DNA of 64,000 bases from Antechinus flavipes. Lineage: Eukaryota. The stretch covers positions 36,332,001 to 36,396,000 of the forward strand of contig NC_067403.1 of NCBI RefSeq assembly GCF_016432865.1. Direction: 5' to 3'. The notes beneath the pieces are model-generated. The model was not told the origin of the DNA. It made no database searches and saw only the letters and a list, made by a program, of their open reading frames with translations. This document shows, in pieces, positions 23,040-33,790 of this stretch. Made by a program: the position numbers and the translations under genes. The number at the start of each line of letters is the position of its first letter. Position 1 is the first letter of the stretch.

Positions 23040-24130
23040 CCTCAGGTCACATTCTAACGGAACCACTTAATGCTGATTAAAGGGAGGAGCCAGCGCTGCC
23101 CCGGGGGCCTGGGGACCCACAAGTGAGAGGCAGAGAAAGTCCCGGCCGCTCGGCTCCCAAATGGGATTCAAGTGCATCCTTCAGGGCAGCCAGACTTGAG
23201 GACTTAGCCCAGCCCTCCCCGGCAGCGGGGAGCATTCATGCTGGGGACCCCGAGGAGTGGGAGACTCTCGGGAAGCCTAGCTCCGCGCGAAGCTGGGAGG
23301 TCCGTGCCTCCCCGCGCCCGGCGGACAGGCTGACAGCGGCCGAGGAGGAGAGGCAGTCGGGAGCCGGGCAGGGTGACGGTCCCCTCTGGCTCCTCGGGAC
23401 CTGCTGCTGCTTCTCGGCTGCCGGCCGGCTTCGGATGCGCTACAGGCAGCCGGCCCCTCAGCGCGCAGCCTTCGGGAGGCAGGCCGGACGTCCCCATCCC
23501 GCAGGGATCCTCAGCCATGGGCAGCCAAGACAATGAGACTCTGCTGTTCTCGCCCTCCCCCGAGGCGGAGAACTACAGCCAGACAATCACCGTCGGGGAC
23601 TTCAGCCCCAGCCCTGCCCAGAACTTCAGCCCCAGCATCTTCGAGGACCCCAGCCTCAGCCCCAACTTCAGCTCTAGCATCAGCCCTGATCCCAGTTCCA
23701 GCCCCAGCCCCAGCCTCAGTTCCAGTCTGAACCCGACCCCTAGCCCCTGGGAGTCAAAGGTCAGCAGTAGTCCCCAAGGTTTTGCCCACCTCCCACAGGA
23801 TTGGGGCTCCCAAGCCAATCCGTTCTGGGACACCCCTCTGAACCACGGCCTGAATGTATTTGTGGGAGTGGCCCTGTGCATCACCATGCTGGGTTTGGGC
23901 TGCACCGTGGAGGTCAATCACATCGGGGCTCACATCCGCAGGCCCATCGGGGTCCTGCTGGCCCTGCTCTGCCAGTTCGTCTTCATGCCCCTGCTGGCCT
24001 TCCTCCTGGCCCTCATCTTCTCTCTGGACGAAGTGGAGGCTGTGGCCGTTCTATTATGCGGCTGCTGTCCAGGCGGAAACCTTTCCAATCTTATGTCTCT
24101 GCTGGTGAACGGCGACATGAACCTCAGGTA
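23040..24130 (+). promoter_or_regulatory. SLC10A4: SLC10A4 promoter/5'UTR/exon 1 CpG-rich region
   Basis: Abrupt rise in GC and CpG content against the AT-rich flanks; the exact TSS cannot be seen. Confidence 0.7.
23517..24127 (+). CDS. SLC10A4: SLC10A4 exon 1 (sodium/bile acid cotransporter family member 4; vesicular, monoaminergic/cholinergic neurons)
   Basis: GCCATGG Kozak at 23517. Translation MGSQDNETLLF...FWDTPLNHGLNVFVGVALCITMLGLGCTVEVNH...CGCCPGGNLSNLMSLLVNGDMNL matches recalled human SLC10A4. Donor AG|gtagga at 24127/24128, phase 2. Confidence 0.97.
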
Positions 24131-24840
24131 GGAGCTTCCCTTCTCCCTCCCGTGGGGAGCTTCTCCAAACCAATTAGCCATACGATGAGAAAAATGAAGG
24201 GAGCTGTGAAAAAGAACAGACTGGACAAAAAGTAGAGAAAGGATTGAACGGGAGAGGCTTTGCAATCAGAGAAGCAGTAGTGGCTATGTTAGGGAAAAGG
24301 GTAGTAGCTCTGAAGGTGGGAGGGAGGAAAGGGAGAGGCAGAAGCTGGGCTCCTCCACCACTAAAGTCAGTTTTAGAACCCGGATGACTGTAATTGGGGA
24401 TATCAAAGAAGAGACTGTCACTGTGGGCAGCTGAACCACAGAAAATCTGTTGAATTCAATTCAACAAGTAGATACAAATAAAAAGAAATAAATAATCAAG
24501 GACAATTTAGAAAAAAAGACATGTCCAGAAGAATCAAACAACTACAGATCCTAGTCCTTCTGCTTAATCAGATCCAACCGGGATCAATGGAGTACTTTAA
24601 AATATTGGCAAATAAAGACAGGGGATGGGAGTGGAACATAACTCTTAACATTTCTCAGACAGGTTTCGTTAGGAGGGTTGGCCCTAGGCCCCTTCATCAG
24701 TCCAACATGTTGCTTTTCCCTGCAGCTTTCCTCAGATCTTTAGGGACCCCTCCCCAGACCTTAAGCTGGCTAAAGAGGCTGGGGGGAGGGTCGGGTCACT
24801 CCTAACTAGATGCTTGTTGTGTTTACTTCCATCTCTACAG

Positions 24841-25051
24841 TATTATCATGACTATTTCTTCCACACTTCTGGCTTTGCTGTTGATGCCCCTCTGCCTGTG
24901 GATCTATAGTCGGGCCTGGATCAATACAACTTTGGTGCAGTTACTACCCCTGGGAGCAGTGACCCTGACCCTCTGCAGCACCCTGATTCCAATTGCTGTA
25001 GGTGTATTCATCCGCTACAAATATACACGAATCGCTGACTATGTTCTTAAG
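24841..25051 (+). CDS. SLC10A4: SLC10A4 exon 2
   Basis: Acceptor ctctacag|T completes AG+T=Ser. Reads IIMTISSTLLALLLMPLCLWIYSRAWINTTLVQLLPLG...IRYKYTRIADYVLK. Donor AAG|gtacgg. 211 nt. Confidence 0.97.
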
Positions 25052-27779
25052 GTACGGTCCTGATTCTGTTCCCAAACTCAGTTTTGTTTATCAGAACCTT
25101 AGATCACTTCTTTGACTCTTAACTGGCCTGAAATGGGGAGGATCTAGGAGGGGAGAAAAAGAGAATCAGCTTCACAAGTTACAAGGAAGAAGCTACTCTA
25201 ATTTTACAAAAGATTACCTCCATCTCAAAGTAATGATTGAGGCTTATCTGAAAAGAATCTTACAAGGCACAAGTAGAAGAAACAAAAGAGAAGTAGCTAG
25301 GGAAAAATAAGAAAATGCAGTAGCAGCAAAAATATTTTCTCTAACAAGAGCTGATCAAATAATACTGCCAAAATAGGATTTGTATAAAACTTTAGGGATA
25401 ACTTACTGTGTTTTGCAAAGCTCACAAAAACTGGCGTTAAGGACACCATCTAAATATAGTTTATTGAAAAAAGAAACCAAATTAGTTCCAATTGTTTTCA
25501 AGTTACAAAACATTTTAATATTTTAAAAAACAAATCTGGACATGGAAAAACTCAAAAGGAATAGAAAGGATGATTTAGTAAATGGACACTATACAAACAA
25601 AATATATGTGTGAACACAAAATAATATTTTATTTTTGAAATGTACCTTACGCCATAATCTTGGCTGTTCTTTCTTGGTGAAATATAGTTTTGCATTATTT
25701 TTGGCTGTTATTGTAGATAAAGTTTTCTAATACCTTCGAGAAAGGAAAATAAAAATGTAAGAATTCCAAAAATGTATTCTTCCAACAACAAAAACACCAA
25801 AGACATAATAAATTAACTATAAATAATAAACACCGGTTATTTCTTTTCTCTGATCTTTTCTCTGTGGGAGAGATACTGAACCAGCTTTCAATAAATAAAC
25901 AAGGTTTTCTGTAGCAGTATTTAGTCAAATCAACAAAAATAATCAACATATCAAATCAAAGGCCAATCTGACAAAGCAACTGAATAGAAAACTCTATGAC
26001 AAAGTTTCAATTATGTGACATTTGAGAATAGTTCATTTGTTGAACTTTACCATCAGCAATGTCTTTATTTCCTATGGTTATATTGTTATATAGAAGATCT
26101 AAACCTATTAAAAGCAAAAACAATTATGTATATTCAACTCAAAAGTCATAAGAAATATATGGCCTTAAAATATTATTTTATACCTAATTTTTAAAGTGTT
26201 AAAAGATGCTTCCTTCAAGACTTAATTGACAAAGAGAATCAAATTATCAGTTTGCATGCCAAAAACAAACATTTTAATCACTTAAAAATGAATATATTTG
26301 AAATTAACTGGAGAAGATGGTGAGGCATATGGTAGAGTGAAAAAAATACTGGACTTGTAGTCAGTTGACAAGGGTCCGACTCTCCCTATATGACATACCT
26401 CTTAATTTCCCAGGTCCCCTGTTTCATTCCCCACAAAACTGGGGGTAATGTATTCAGTTAGCTACATTCTAGAGGCAGGCTTTGAGGAAGTCCTTCTCAA
26501 ACCTTAAGTCACTTTGTCCTGGGGGACTTGGGCTCTCAGTCCAACCTAGCAGAAAGTTTCTTTTAAAAGATATTTTACAACCTTCAAATAGTGATAACTA
26601 AACATGAGTGGGTGTGGGGACACCAGATCTGTGATTTCATTCCAGTAAAGGAATTCAGATGAGACAGCTTTCTTTACCAGATACAGATCAGTAAGAGACA
26701 ATATAGAACCTCCAGCTTTTCCCTATACAGAAGCCAAATCTTGATCCACTATGCCAGAGCTGACTCTCAACTATCCTTAAATATGTATTATTTTAGGAAA
26801 ACAAAATGGTAAGATTTAATAATATTATCAGATACCTGAAAAAAAATTTAAAATAAACATCAAGTCCCCATAATAACTAAAAGAATTAAAATAGTTGAAA
26901 GATAAAAACGGACTCTACAATAAAATATTTCAAAGGAAACAAGTGATTTCCTTGGTCCTGATTTTCCAATTGTATTGACAAATCAAATGGAACAATGTTT
27001 TTCATATTTTAAACTACAAGGATCATGTGATTATTTAGTTTCCATCTGTTTTTTATTTGAAAGTAAGTTGAATATATTTTTAGAATCTTCCAATGCTGAG
27101 ATCTGTCTTAGAAGATACTATCATATTAACAGACAGAAAGTAGTATTAAGGATATGCCAATCCCACATACGAAGCTCTCTTCATAAACATCTAGGAGCTT
27201 GATGCATTATCAAAAGTATTATCTAAAATCTTACGATTTCCTACTACTCTCTCACAATGCAGTCTATTTTATCTGAATGAGTTAAAAGTATCTGGCAAGA
27301 TACCAAGATGACATAGTGTTCTGTAACACAGAAAACATTTTTACTGCCAGCTGTAATGTATAAACAAGCTACCTATTATGATGATGATATAATATCGTCA
27401 TAAGAAACTATTATGGTTTAACAGATAAGTAAGAATATAATATGGAAATATTCAATTTAGTTTTATAAAAGAAATACATCTACATTTGACATCAGCTTGT
27501 TTACATTCTTGACATCACAAAAATCTAAAAGATATCATGGTTCAATATTATGAAAGCTCCTTTGGAAATGTGAAATACAATCATATCACAAGTGTTAAAA
27601 ATATTGCTTGTTTAAAGGAATTTTAAAATATCATTCATTTAATCCCAAATATAGTACAAGACAAGTTTTCATGCAAAAAACACAATGTCCAGTTATAAAG
27701 TTGTTATATAGTTTATGCATGTATGTATGTATACATACATACATATACATAATATAAAGTTTTATTATGTTTTGCATTA

Positions 27780-28150
27780 GTTAAGGCCACATTTGGAATT
27801 CTGTGTACAACCCTTGAGGCTACATTTTAAGATGGAAAATGAAAGTTTGTGAAATGGACTAGGACATTGTAGAAGAGATAGAGTAGAAATGTAGAAACTA
27901 TGTTATATGATGAACAGTTGAAAAAACGAGGAATATTTAGTTTGGAGAAGAGAGGAGGGGAGCCAGAAAGCCCGATCTTTGTGTATTTGAAGGCAGTTAT
28001 AGGGAAGAACTTTTTGCTCCAAAAGGGAGAACAAAAACTAACTAGTGGAGACTACAGGAGAGAAAATTCAATTCAACATAAAGGAAGAATTTAGTAAACA
28101 TACCTCTGTTTAATAATAGCAAACTGAGTGGATAAGTCTGACAAGAGCCA
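27780..28150 (+). mobile_element. L3/CR1 3' fragment in SLC10A4 intron 2
   Basis: aggccacatttggaattctgtgtacaa (RPHLE.CVQ). The 27900-28094 ORF YDEQLKKRGIFSLEKR resembles CR1 YEERLKELGLFSLEKR. Confidence 0.75.
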
Positions 28151-28432
28151 ACAATTCTAGAGGGCTTTCAAGTTTGCCAAGCAGTTTCCCATCCTATGGG
28201 ACAAGTAGTACCATTCCTATTCTCCAGATGAGGACTTAGCCAGGGAGAAATCATGTTCACAAGCCAGGATCACAAAACTAACAAACGTCGGAAACAGATC
28301 TGAATCCCAGCCTTTCTTACAGAAGTCCAATCCTATTCACTTACTATATAAACTAATATCTATAATTTATTTTTTGAATTTCTCTGCATTTTATCTGATT
28401 TTCAATATGATTTATCCATTTTCTATTACTAG

Positions 28433-28948
28433 GTTTCCCTGTGGTCTCTGCTAGTGACGCTGGTGGTCCTTTTCATCATGACCGGTACTATGTTAGGACC
28501 TGAACTGTTGGCAAGTATTCCTGCAACTGTTTATGTGGTAGCCATTTTTATGCCTTTGGCTGGATATGTGTCAGGATATGGTTTGGCTACCTTATTCCAT
28601 CTGCCCTCCAACTGCAAAAGGACTGTTTCTCTAGAAACAGGTAGTCAGAACGTACAACTCTGCACGGCCATTCTAAAGCTAACCTTTCCTCCACAGCTCA
28701 TAGGAAGTATGTACATGTTTCCTCTGCTTTATGCCCTTTTTCAGTCTGCAGAAGCAGGGATTTTTGTATTAGTGTATAAGATGTATGGAAGGGAAGTTGT
28801 ACATAAGCAAGATCCTCTGGATGAAGATGATACAGATATTTCTTATAAGAAACTGAAGGAAGAAGAAATGGCAGATACTTCATATGGATCAGTTAAAGTG
28901 GATGAACATAATTCAATAATGATGGAGCCCACCCAGACCTCATTGTGA
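28433..28948 (+). CDS. SLC10A4: SLC10A4 exon 3 (to stop)
   Basis: Acceptor ttactag|GTT. Reads VSLWSLLVTLVVLF...ETGSQNVQLCTAILKL...KKLKEEEMADTSYGSVK...MEPTQTSL*. Total CDS 611+211+516=1338 nt (445 aa). Confidence 0.97.
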   Translation, partial: VSLWSLLVTLVVLFIMTGTMLGPELLASIPATVYVVAIFMPLAGYVSGYGLATLFHLPSNCKRTVSLETGSQNVQLCTAILKLTFPPQLIGSMYMFPLLYALFQSAEAGIFVLVYKMYGREVVHKQDPLDEDDTDISYKKLKEEEMADTSYGSVKVDEHNSIMMEPTQTSL

Positions 28949-29390
28949 GTTCCATTTAACGTAGAACAACCTATCGGCTCCTCCCCCCCATCTCTCATTT
29001 ATAGTCTGTGGGATGTTTAAGCAGTATTAAAGGGCTTCATCATAGCAGGATTCTTCTACATATAACCTTATACCTTTCCACTGTAAGGCAATCTGGGCTT
29101 CGTGATTGTCAGCTACAGACCTTTCCTCAAATTTAAACACTTAAGTACATTCAATGTTATAACCTCTACATCAGATTACCCACACAAAGTTGAAGTTAAG
29201 TGAATGAATGTCTGTTCTTTAAATAATTCTTTTAAAATGGAGCCGCTATTAGAAACCGGGACCTCAAAACATGAAATTTTGGTGCAGTGTGAGTAAAAAT
29301 AAGTTCTAGTTCTAAGACCATAATTGAATTTCATGTATTCATCGGGGGGAGGGGGGAATGTAGGATTTGTCTTGTATTCAGTTAAGTTCA

Positions 29391-29400
29391 ATTAAATAAA
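29391..29400 (+). terminator. SLC10A4: SLC10A4 polyadenylation signal (overlapping ATTAAA/AATAAA)
   Basis: ATTAAATAAA at 29391-29400, about 445 nt after the stop and just before the ZAR1 CpG island. Confidence 0.7.
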
Positions 29401-29529
29401 AACGGTGTAACAATGTCAATTCTGTTGAACCTGCATCATATTAGAGAAAATCAGTAAAGACATTAAAACGCCTACTTGACTTGAACTGATATTATTTATA
29501 CCAAAGAGCTAACAAATATCACTCCCCAA

Positions 29530-31500
29530 GTGATGTGGTGCCTGCGGGAACAACCAACACCACAATCCTCGGAGCACTTTCTCTCGGAGAGAGAAAAGGC
29601 AGCTCACGCTAACGCTCCCAAGACCAGAGAAGGAGTCGGCCCACCCTGTGGCAATTCCGCCCAGGGGGTGTCCCAGCAGCCCAGCCCAGAACGCCCCTCC
29701 CACCCCCGCCCTCAGCCCGTCTCCCGCAGACTTTCCCGGTTCTTTCCCCACGTGCTCACCACCTGGGGAACCCCGCGCTGCCGTAATTGACCAGGGCGGC
29801 TGTCTCTAGACCCCGGAGGAGGGGGGTCTTCTGGGGGTGGAGGGTGGGGGCAGACCTGCGATGGCTCCCCCCCTCCCGCCCCCCACCGCGGGGTCCCGGG
29901 GGAGTGGGGAAGGGACGAGGCTTACCTGGGCGGCAGGCCTTGCAGGCGGCCCCAACCCGGCCTAGACCGCCCCCGCGGGGAGGCGGCGTCTGGCCTCAGG
30001 GCCTCGGGCCGGGAGTGCCGCCCCCGCGGGCGGGCCCGCCTATTTAGGGCGCGGGCGGCGGGCACAGCTGGGCTGCGCACATGGCGGGCCTAGGTGACGA
30101 CGGCGGCCTGGACGGCTACATGTTCCCGACCTACGGCCCATACGCGTTCCCATGCGCGCCGGGGCCCAAGGGCAAGGGCGGCGGCGGCGGCGGCTGGCGG
30201 CCCCGGGGCGCAGTGGGGGCGAACTCCGGCCTGCCGGCCTTCGGGCAGCCCCCGGCGGCTGACTACCTGGACAGCTACCAGCGGGCGCAGCTCATGGCCG
30301 TACTGGCGCAGGTGAGCCCGGGCCTGGTTCCGCGGCTGCGCAGGGCCCCGAGCCGCGACGTGGCCGTGCAGGTGAACCCGCGTCGGGACGCGGCCGTGCA
30401 GTGTTCCCTGGGGCGCCGCCCGTTGCTGCGCCGGGCCCGGGAGCTGCCCGAGGCCGCCTTCCCGCGCACCGCCGCCGTGTACTCGCCAGTGGCCTCGCGC
30501 CGCCTCGCAGCCCTCGTGGAAGAGCCCGAGGTCGGAGGCCCCGCGGAGGAGGAGGAGGGCAGTGAGGCCCAGCAGGGCAGTGAGGCCCAGGAGGGCGGCG
30601 GCCGGGAGAGCGAGGAGCCGACTCAGTCCGACGGCGCCCAGGCCGCGGAACCCGCCGACGAGCCCGAGGAGCTGGAGCAGGAGCAGGAGCAGGAGCGGGA
30701 GCAGGAGCGGGCCGCGGCCGAGGAGGCGGAGGAGGCCAGGGAGACCGCAGCCCCGGGGTCGCAGAGCCCCGAGCAGACTAAAACGAGGCTGCGCTTCCAG
30801 GTGAGAACCCTGCCCCTAATTCTAGGGTCAGCGCCCACCCCCGCCTTCCACCTGGCACCTCTGGTAGACGCCTCCCGTTTGCTGGGCTGCTGCTCGCCTT
30901 AGGGGCTGGAGTCCAAACCAGCTAGTGACTCTGGAAGGAGCGTGGGGGGCGGGGGAGAGGAGAGGGAGAGTCAGCCCCAACCCCCACCCCTAGTGTGGAG
31001 CGGGGGCTGCCTCAGAGGGTCCGGAAGCTTTCTTAATGGAAAGCCTCGGATGCTGGGGAAGACTGCCGGCGCCCAGGGACTGCTCTGCCCACGTGATCCC
31101 GCGGCCCCTTGAGGCTCTGGGAAGCCTTGGGAATGGCTGGGCCGTAGGCCGGCTTTGGGCCTTCAGCGATGCGGGTCCCGTTGGGGCCGGTCATCGCCAA
31201 GCGCCGAGGCCGCGGCGTGGAAGCACTCAGGAGACTGTTGGGGGTCCTGGACGGCCTGCCCGGATGCCTCCCCAACATGCGATTGTAACTGTCTGACAAA
31301 TAAAAGTCTAGGACTGTCTTTTCCAACGGGGAGTCACGAAGGGCTAGGTTCTCATCCCTTAAAAGACCCCCAACTGCAGAAAGCTTTTGCTTTGAGTTCT
31401 TCTGCCCCCTTTTGGCCCTGGAGGTTGCCCACGTGGTATCTGCCAGCCCGCCTCTGACTGCCTCGCGCCCCGGAGAATTATGCTTTGTTTGGCTGGGTCC
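29530..31500 (+). promoter_or_regulatory. ZAR1: ZAR1 CpG island and promoter (GC boxes, TATA-like TATTTA at 30041, E-boxes)
   Basis: Very high GC/CpG. GGGCGG/CCGCCC boxes around 29970-30060, TATTTAG at 30041, CAGCTG at 30065, CACGTG at 29749. Confidence 0.75.
30081..30800 (+). CDS. ZAR1: ZAR1 exon 1 (zygote arrest 1, maternal-effect RNA-binding protein; disordered N-terminal part)
   Basis: ATG at 30081. Conserved ZAR1 motifs DYLDSYQRAQLMAVLAQVSPGL and RDVAVQVNPRRDAAVQCSLG. Ends TRLRFQ|gtgaga. 720 nt. Confidence 0.96.
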
Positions 31501-31695
31501 CCCGTAAGCGATTTCTTCCTTGGTGCGTTCTCGGAAGAGGGTCTGTGGAAATGATTGATTTCTCCTTTCCTTAGCTTTGGGAGAGTACGATGGACCTCAG
31601 CCGAATCACAAACAAGCCTCGGCTTCCCTCCTCTCTGTGAGCGAGAGAGCGGACATTACGGCTCGTTTGCCCCTTACGATGTTGTTGTTGTTTAG

Positions 31696-31788
31696 TTCTT
31701 AGAGCAGAAGTATGGCTATTATCACTGCAAAGACTGCAACATTCGATGGGAGAGCGCGTATGTGTGGTGTGTGCAGGGCACCAACAAG
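31696..31788 (+). CDS. ZAR1: ZAR1 exon 2
   Basis: tttag|TTC TTA GAG CAG AAG TAT GGC; reads FLEQKYGYYHCKDCNIRWESAYVWCVQGTNK; donor |gtaagc. 93 nt. Confidence 0.98.
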
Positions 31789-31862
31789 GTAAGCGGCGAG
31801 GACCTGGGAGTGTCGGGGGAGGGAGGAAGAGGGCACGCTTACCTTGCGCTCTCTCCTATCAG

Positions 31863-31937
31863 GTCTACTTCAAGCAGTTTTGCAGAACTTGTGAGAAGTC
31901 TTACAACCCCTACCGAGTGGAAGATATCGCCTGTCAG
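31863..31937 (+). CDS. ZAR1: ZAR1 exon 3
   Basis: atcag|GTC; reads VYFKQFCRTCEKSYNPYRVEDIACQ; donor |gtaaaa. 75 nt, after a 74-nt intron. Confidence 0.98.
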
Positions 31938-32284
31938 GTAAAATGTCTTTCCTTGCTCGGGAGTGGGTGTGATTTGGGTCTTTGTGTGTTTTTAGTGCAC
32001 CTTATTTCAACAGAAGCTAGCTGGTTACCTAATAGTTATAGAATCACAAGACAGTAATAAGAAGGGCACCAGGTTAAAAGACTAGGAGAATGCTTGGTTA
32101 AAAAGTGGATTGCTTGGGCATGTTGTAGAAAGGATTCTTGGTTAGAGAGATGGCCTCTGAATTACCTTTCACATCATAGATTCCATGGTTTGGGGTCTAG
32201 TTTTTATGCCACATCCTCCATTATTAAAGCCAAATAATCTCCGAGTTCAGGTTTTGGTACACAGCATTCCTTTTTCCCCTCCAG

Positions 32285-32428
32285 AGTTGTAAACAGACAA
32301 GATGTTCCTGCGCAGTAAAGCTTCGCCATGTGGATCCCAAAAGACCCCATCGGCAGGATTTGTGCGGGAGATGCAAAGGCAAACGCCTCTCCTGTGACAG
32401 CACCTTCAGCTTTAAATACATCATTTAA
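32285..32428 (+). CDS. ZAR1: ZAR1 exon 4 (C-terminal zinc-binding domain, to stop)
   Basis: ccag|AGT; reads SCKQTRCSCAVKLRHVDPKRPHRQDLCGRCKGKRLSCDSTFSFKYII*. Total CDS 1032 nt (343 aa). Confidence 0.98.
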   Translation, partial: SCKQTRCSCAVKLRHVDPKRPHRQDLCGRCKGKRLSCDSTFSFKYII

Positions 32429-32548
32429 GTGAATGTCAAGAGTCCAGATGTAGTTTCTGCAGACAAATGAGTTTCTTTTGCTTGCCACCTTCCCTTCCCT
32501 CATTTAAAAGACTAATGAGAAAAGTAAGAATATTTAACTGAACCTTTA

Positions 32549-32554
32549 AATAAA
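32549..32554 (+). terminator. ZAR1: ZAR1 polyadenylation signal
   Basis: AATAAA 120 nt after the stop, followed by T-rich sequence. Confidence 0.7.
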
Positions 32555-33593
32555 GGTATTATTGCAAAACAATCTATACATTATTGAGGTCTCACCTTTT
32601 TTGCTTTTAAAAATTTTTTTATTTTGGGAAACAAATCGAATCAAAAGAAAAAAAAAACTTGTAACTCATATTGCAAGATAGATTCCAGAAATTGTCCACT
32701 TTTATACAGAAATAAATCAACAATTACTTGAAAGACTTATAGAGATCAGGAAAATGATCTAAAAGAAAAACCTAATGCTACTTAACTTGGGGCACTATTG
32801 AATCTTTGCAGTAAGTTAAGAATTTGCTTCTGAGGAGGGGGGAAAAAACCATCTTAATTTTCTCTGAATTTGTTCTGGTGTACATGGTATAGAAAAATCA
32901 TAATTCAGTTTAACAGAAGCCAAATCAAATAGTTTTGGAGGCAAAGAAAAAATTAATTCTGGCAATACTTGACAGTGTGATCTAAATAGGTACCTTGAAG
33001 AAAATTAAGTGCATTTAAAAAAAATTCATATTGACAAACATTTAGGGCAAAAGTATGATAGCTTGGCTTCAGTGAGGAGGAATTTAAACTCATACAATTG
33101 GAATAATTATAGTACCTTATTTCTTTTTTAAATACTACTCACTAGAGTGACTTGAAGAGGGAAGAAGTTGTAGATGCTTGATCTGAGTGTTACTAAATGC
33201 AATTTCTTCTTTGGACCTCTGCTCTTTTTATCTTGCTTCCTGTTCTAATTTAAAGCTAAAGCTATTGAAGTGTTTAAAAAAACAACAAAAAAACCCTGTC
33301 ACAGGAGGAGCTATAAAACCTTGAGTGATCAAATCCTGGGAATTAACAAGAGTTGAAATGATCCTGAGTATTGATTATTCTTTTGAGTAGGATTTAGTAA
33401 GATCAGACTCCTTATTTGCTTATCACCCCAAAGAATAATCCAGGATGACTAAAATAGCACGTTATCCCATTGGATTCAATGACTTTTGTAATGTATTCTG
33501 GCCTAGATTATTTTAAAGAATATGATATTGGTGATGTGATAGTATCTGGATGACTGTTTATACATGTCCAAATTTTCATTATAGAATGGAGAT

Positions 33594-33790
33594 GGGCAGG
33601 TAGGTAGCTCAAGGGATGGAGTTCTGGGATCACTTGGGGAGGACCTGAGTTCAAATATGGCCTCAAACACTAGCTGTGTGACTCTGTTTGCCTCAGTTTC
33701 CCCATTGGTAAAATGAGCTGAAGAAGGAAATGGCAAACATTTCCAGTATCTTTGCCTCAAATGGGCTCATGCAGAGTTGTAGACAACTAA
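33594..33790 (+). mobile_element. MAR1-type SINE (CORE with RTE-like tail)
   Basis: gggcaggtaggtagc...ggacctgagttcaaat...tttgcctcagtttcccc...gaaggaaatggcaaacatttccagtatctttgcc. Confidence 0.75.

Noticed and set aside
23373-23516. GTG-started 48-aa N-terminal extension of SLC10A4 as the annotated start
   Set aside because: The ATG at 23517 has an optimal Kozak context and aligns with the recalled human start; the extension has no independent support.
23123-24265. Overlapping and antisense ORFs over SLC10A4 exon 1 (23204-23533, 23573-23917, 23801-24235, 23930-24265)
   Set aside because: These are shadow frames expected in GC-rich, stop-poor sequence and show no recognisable domains. Only the ATG-initiated overlapping uORF is kept as a finding.
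24444-24466. Palindromic TTGAATTCAA / GAATTCAATTCAAC (also near 60-75)
   Set aside because: This matches the usual L2 3' terminal simple repeat.
29509-31457. Numerous ORFs in the ZAR1 CpG island and intron 1
   Set aside because: They are Arg/Pro/Gly-rich GC-driven frames. The real ZAR1 frame leaves at the 30800 donor.
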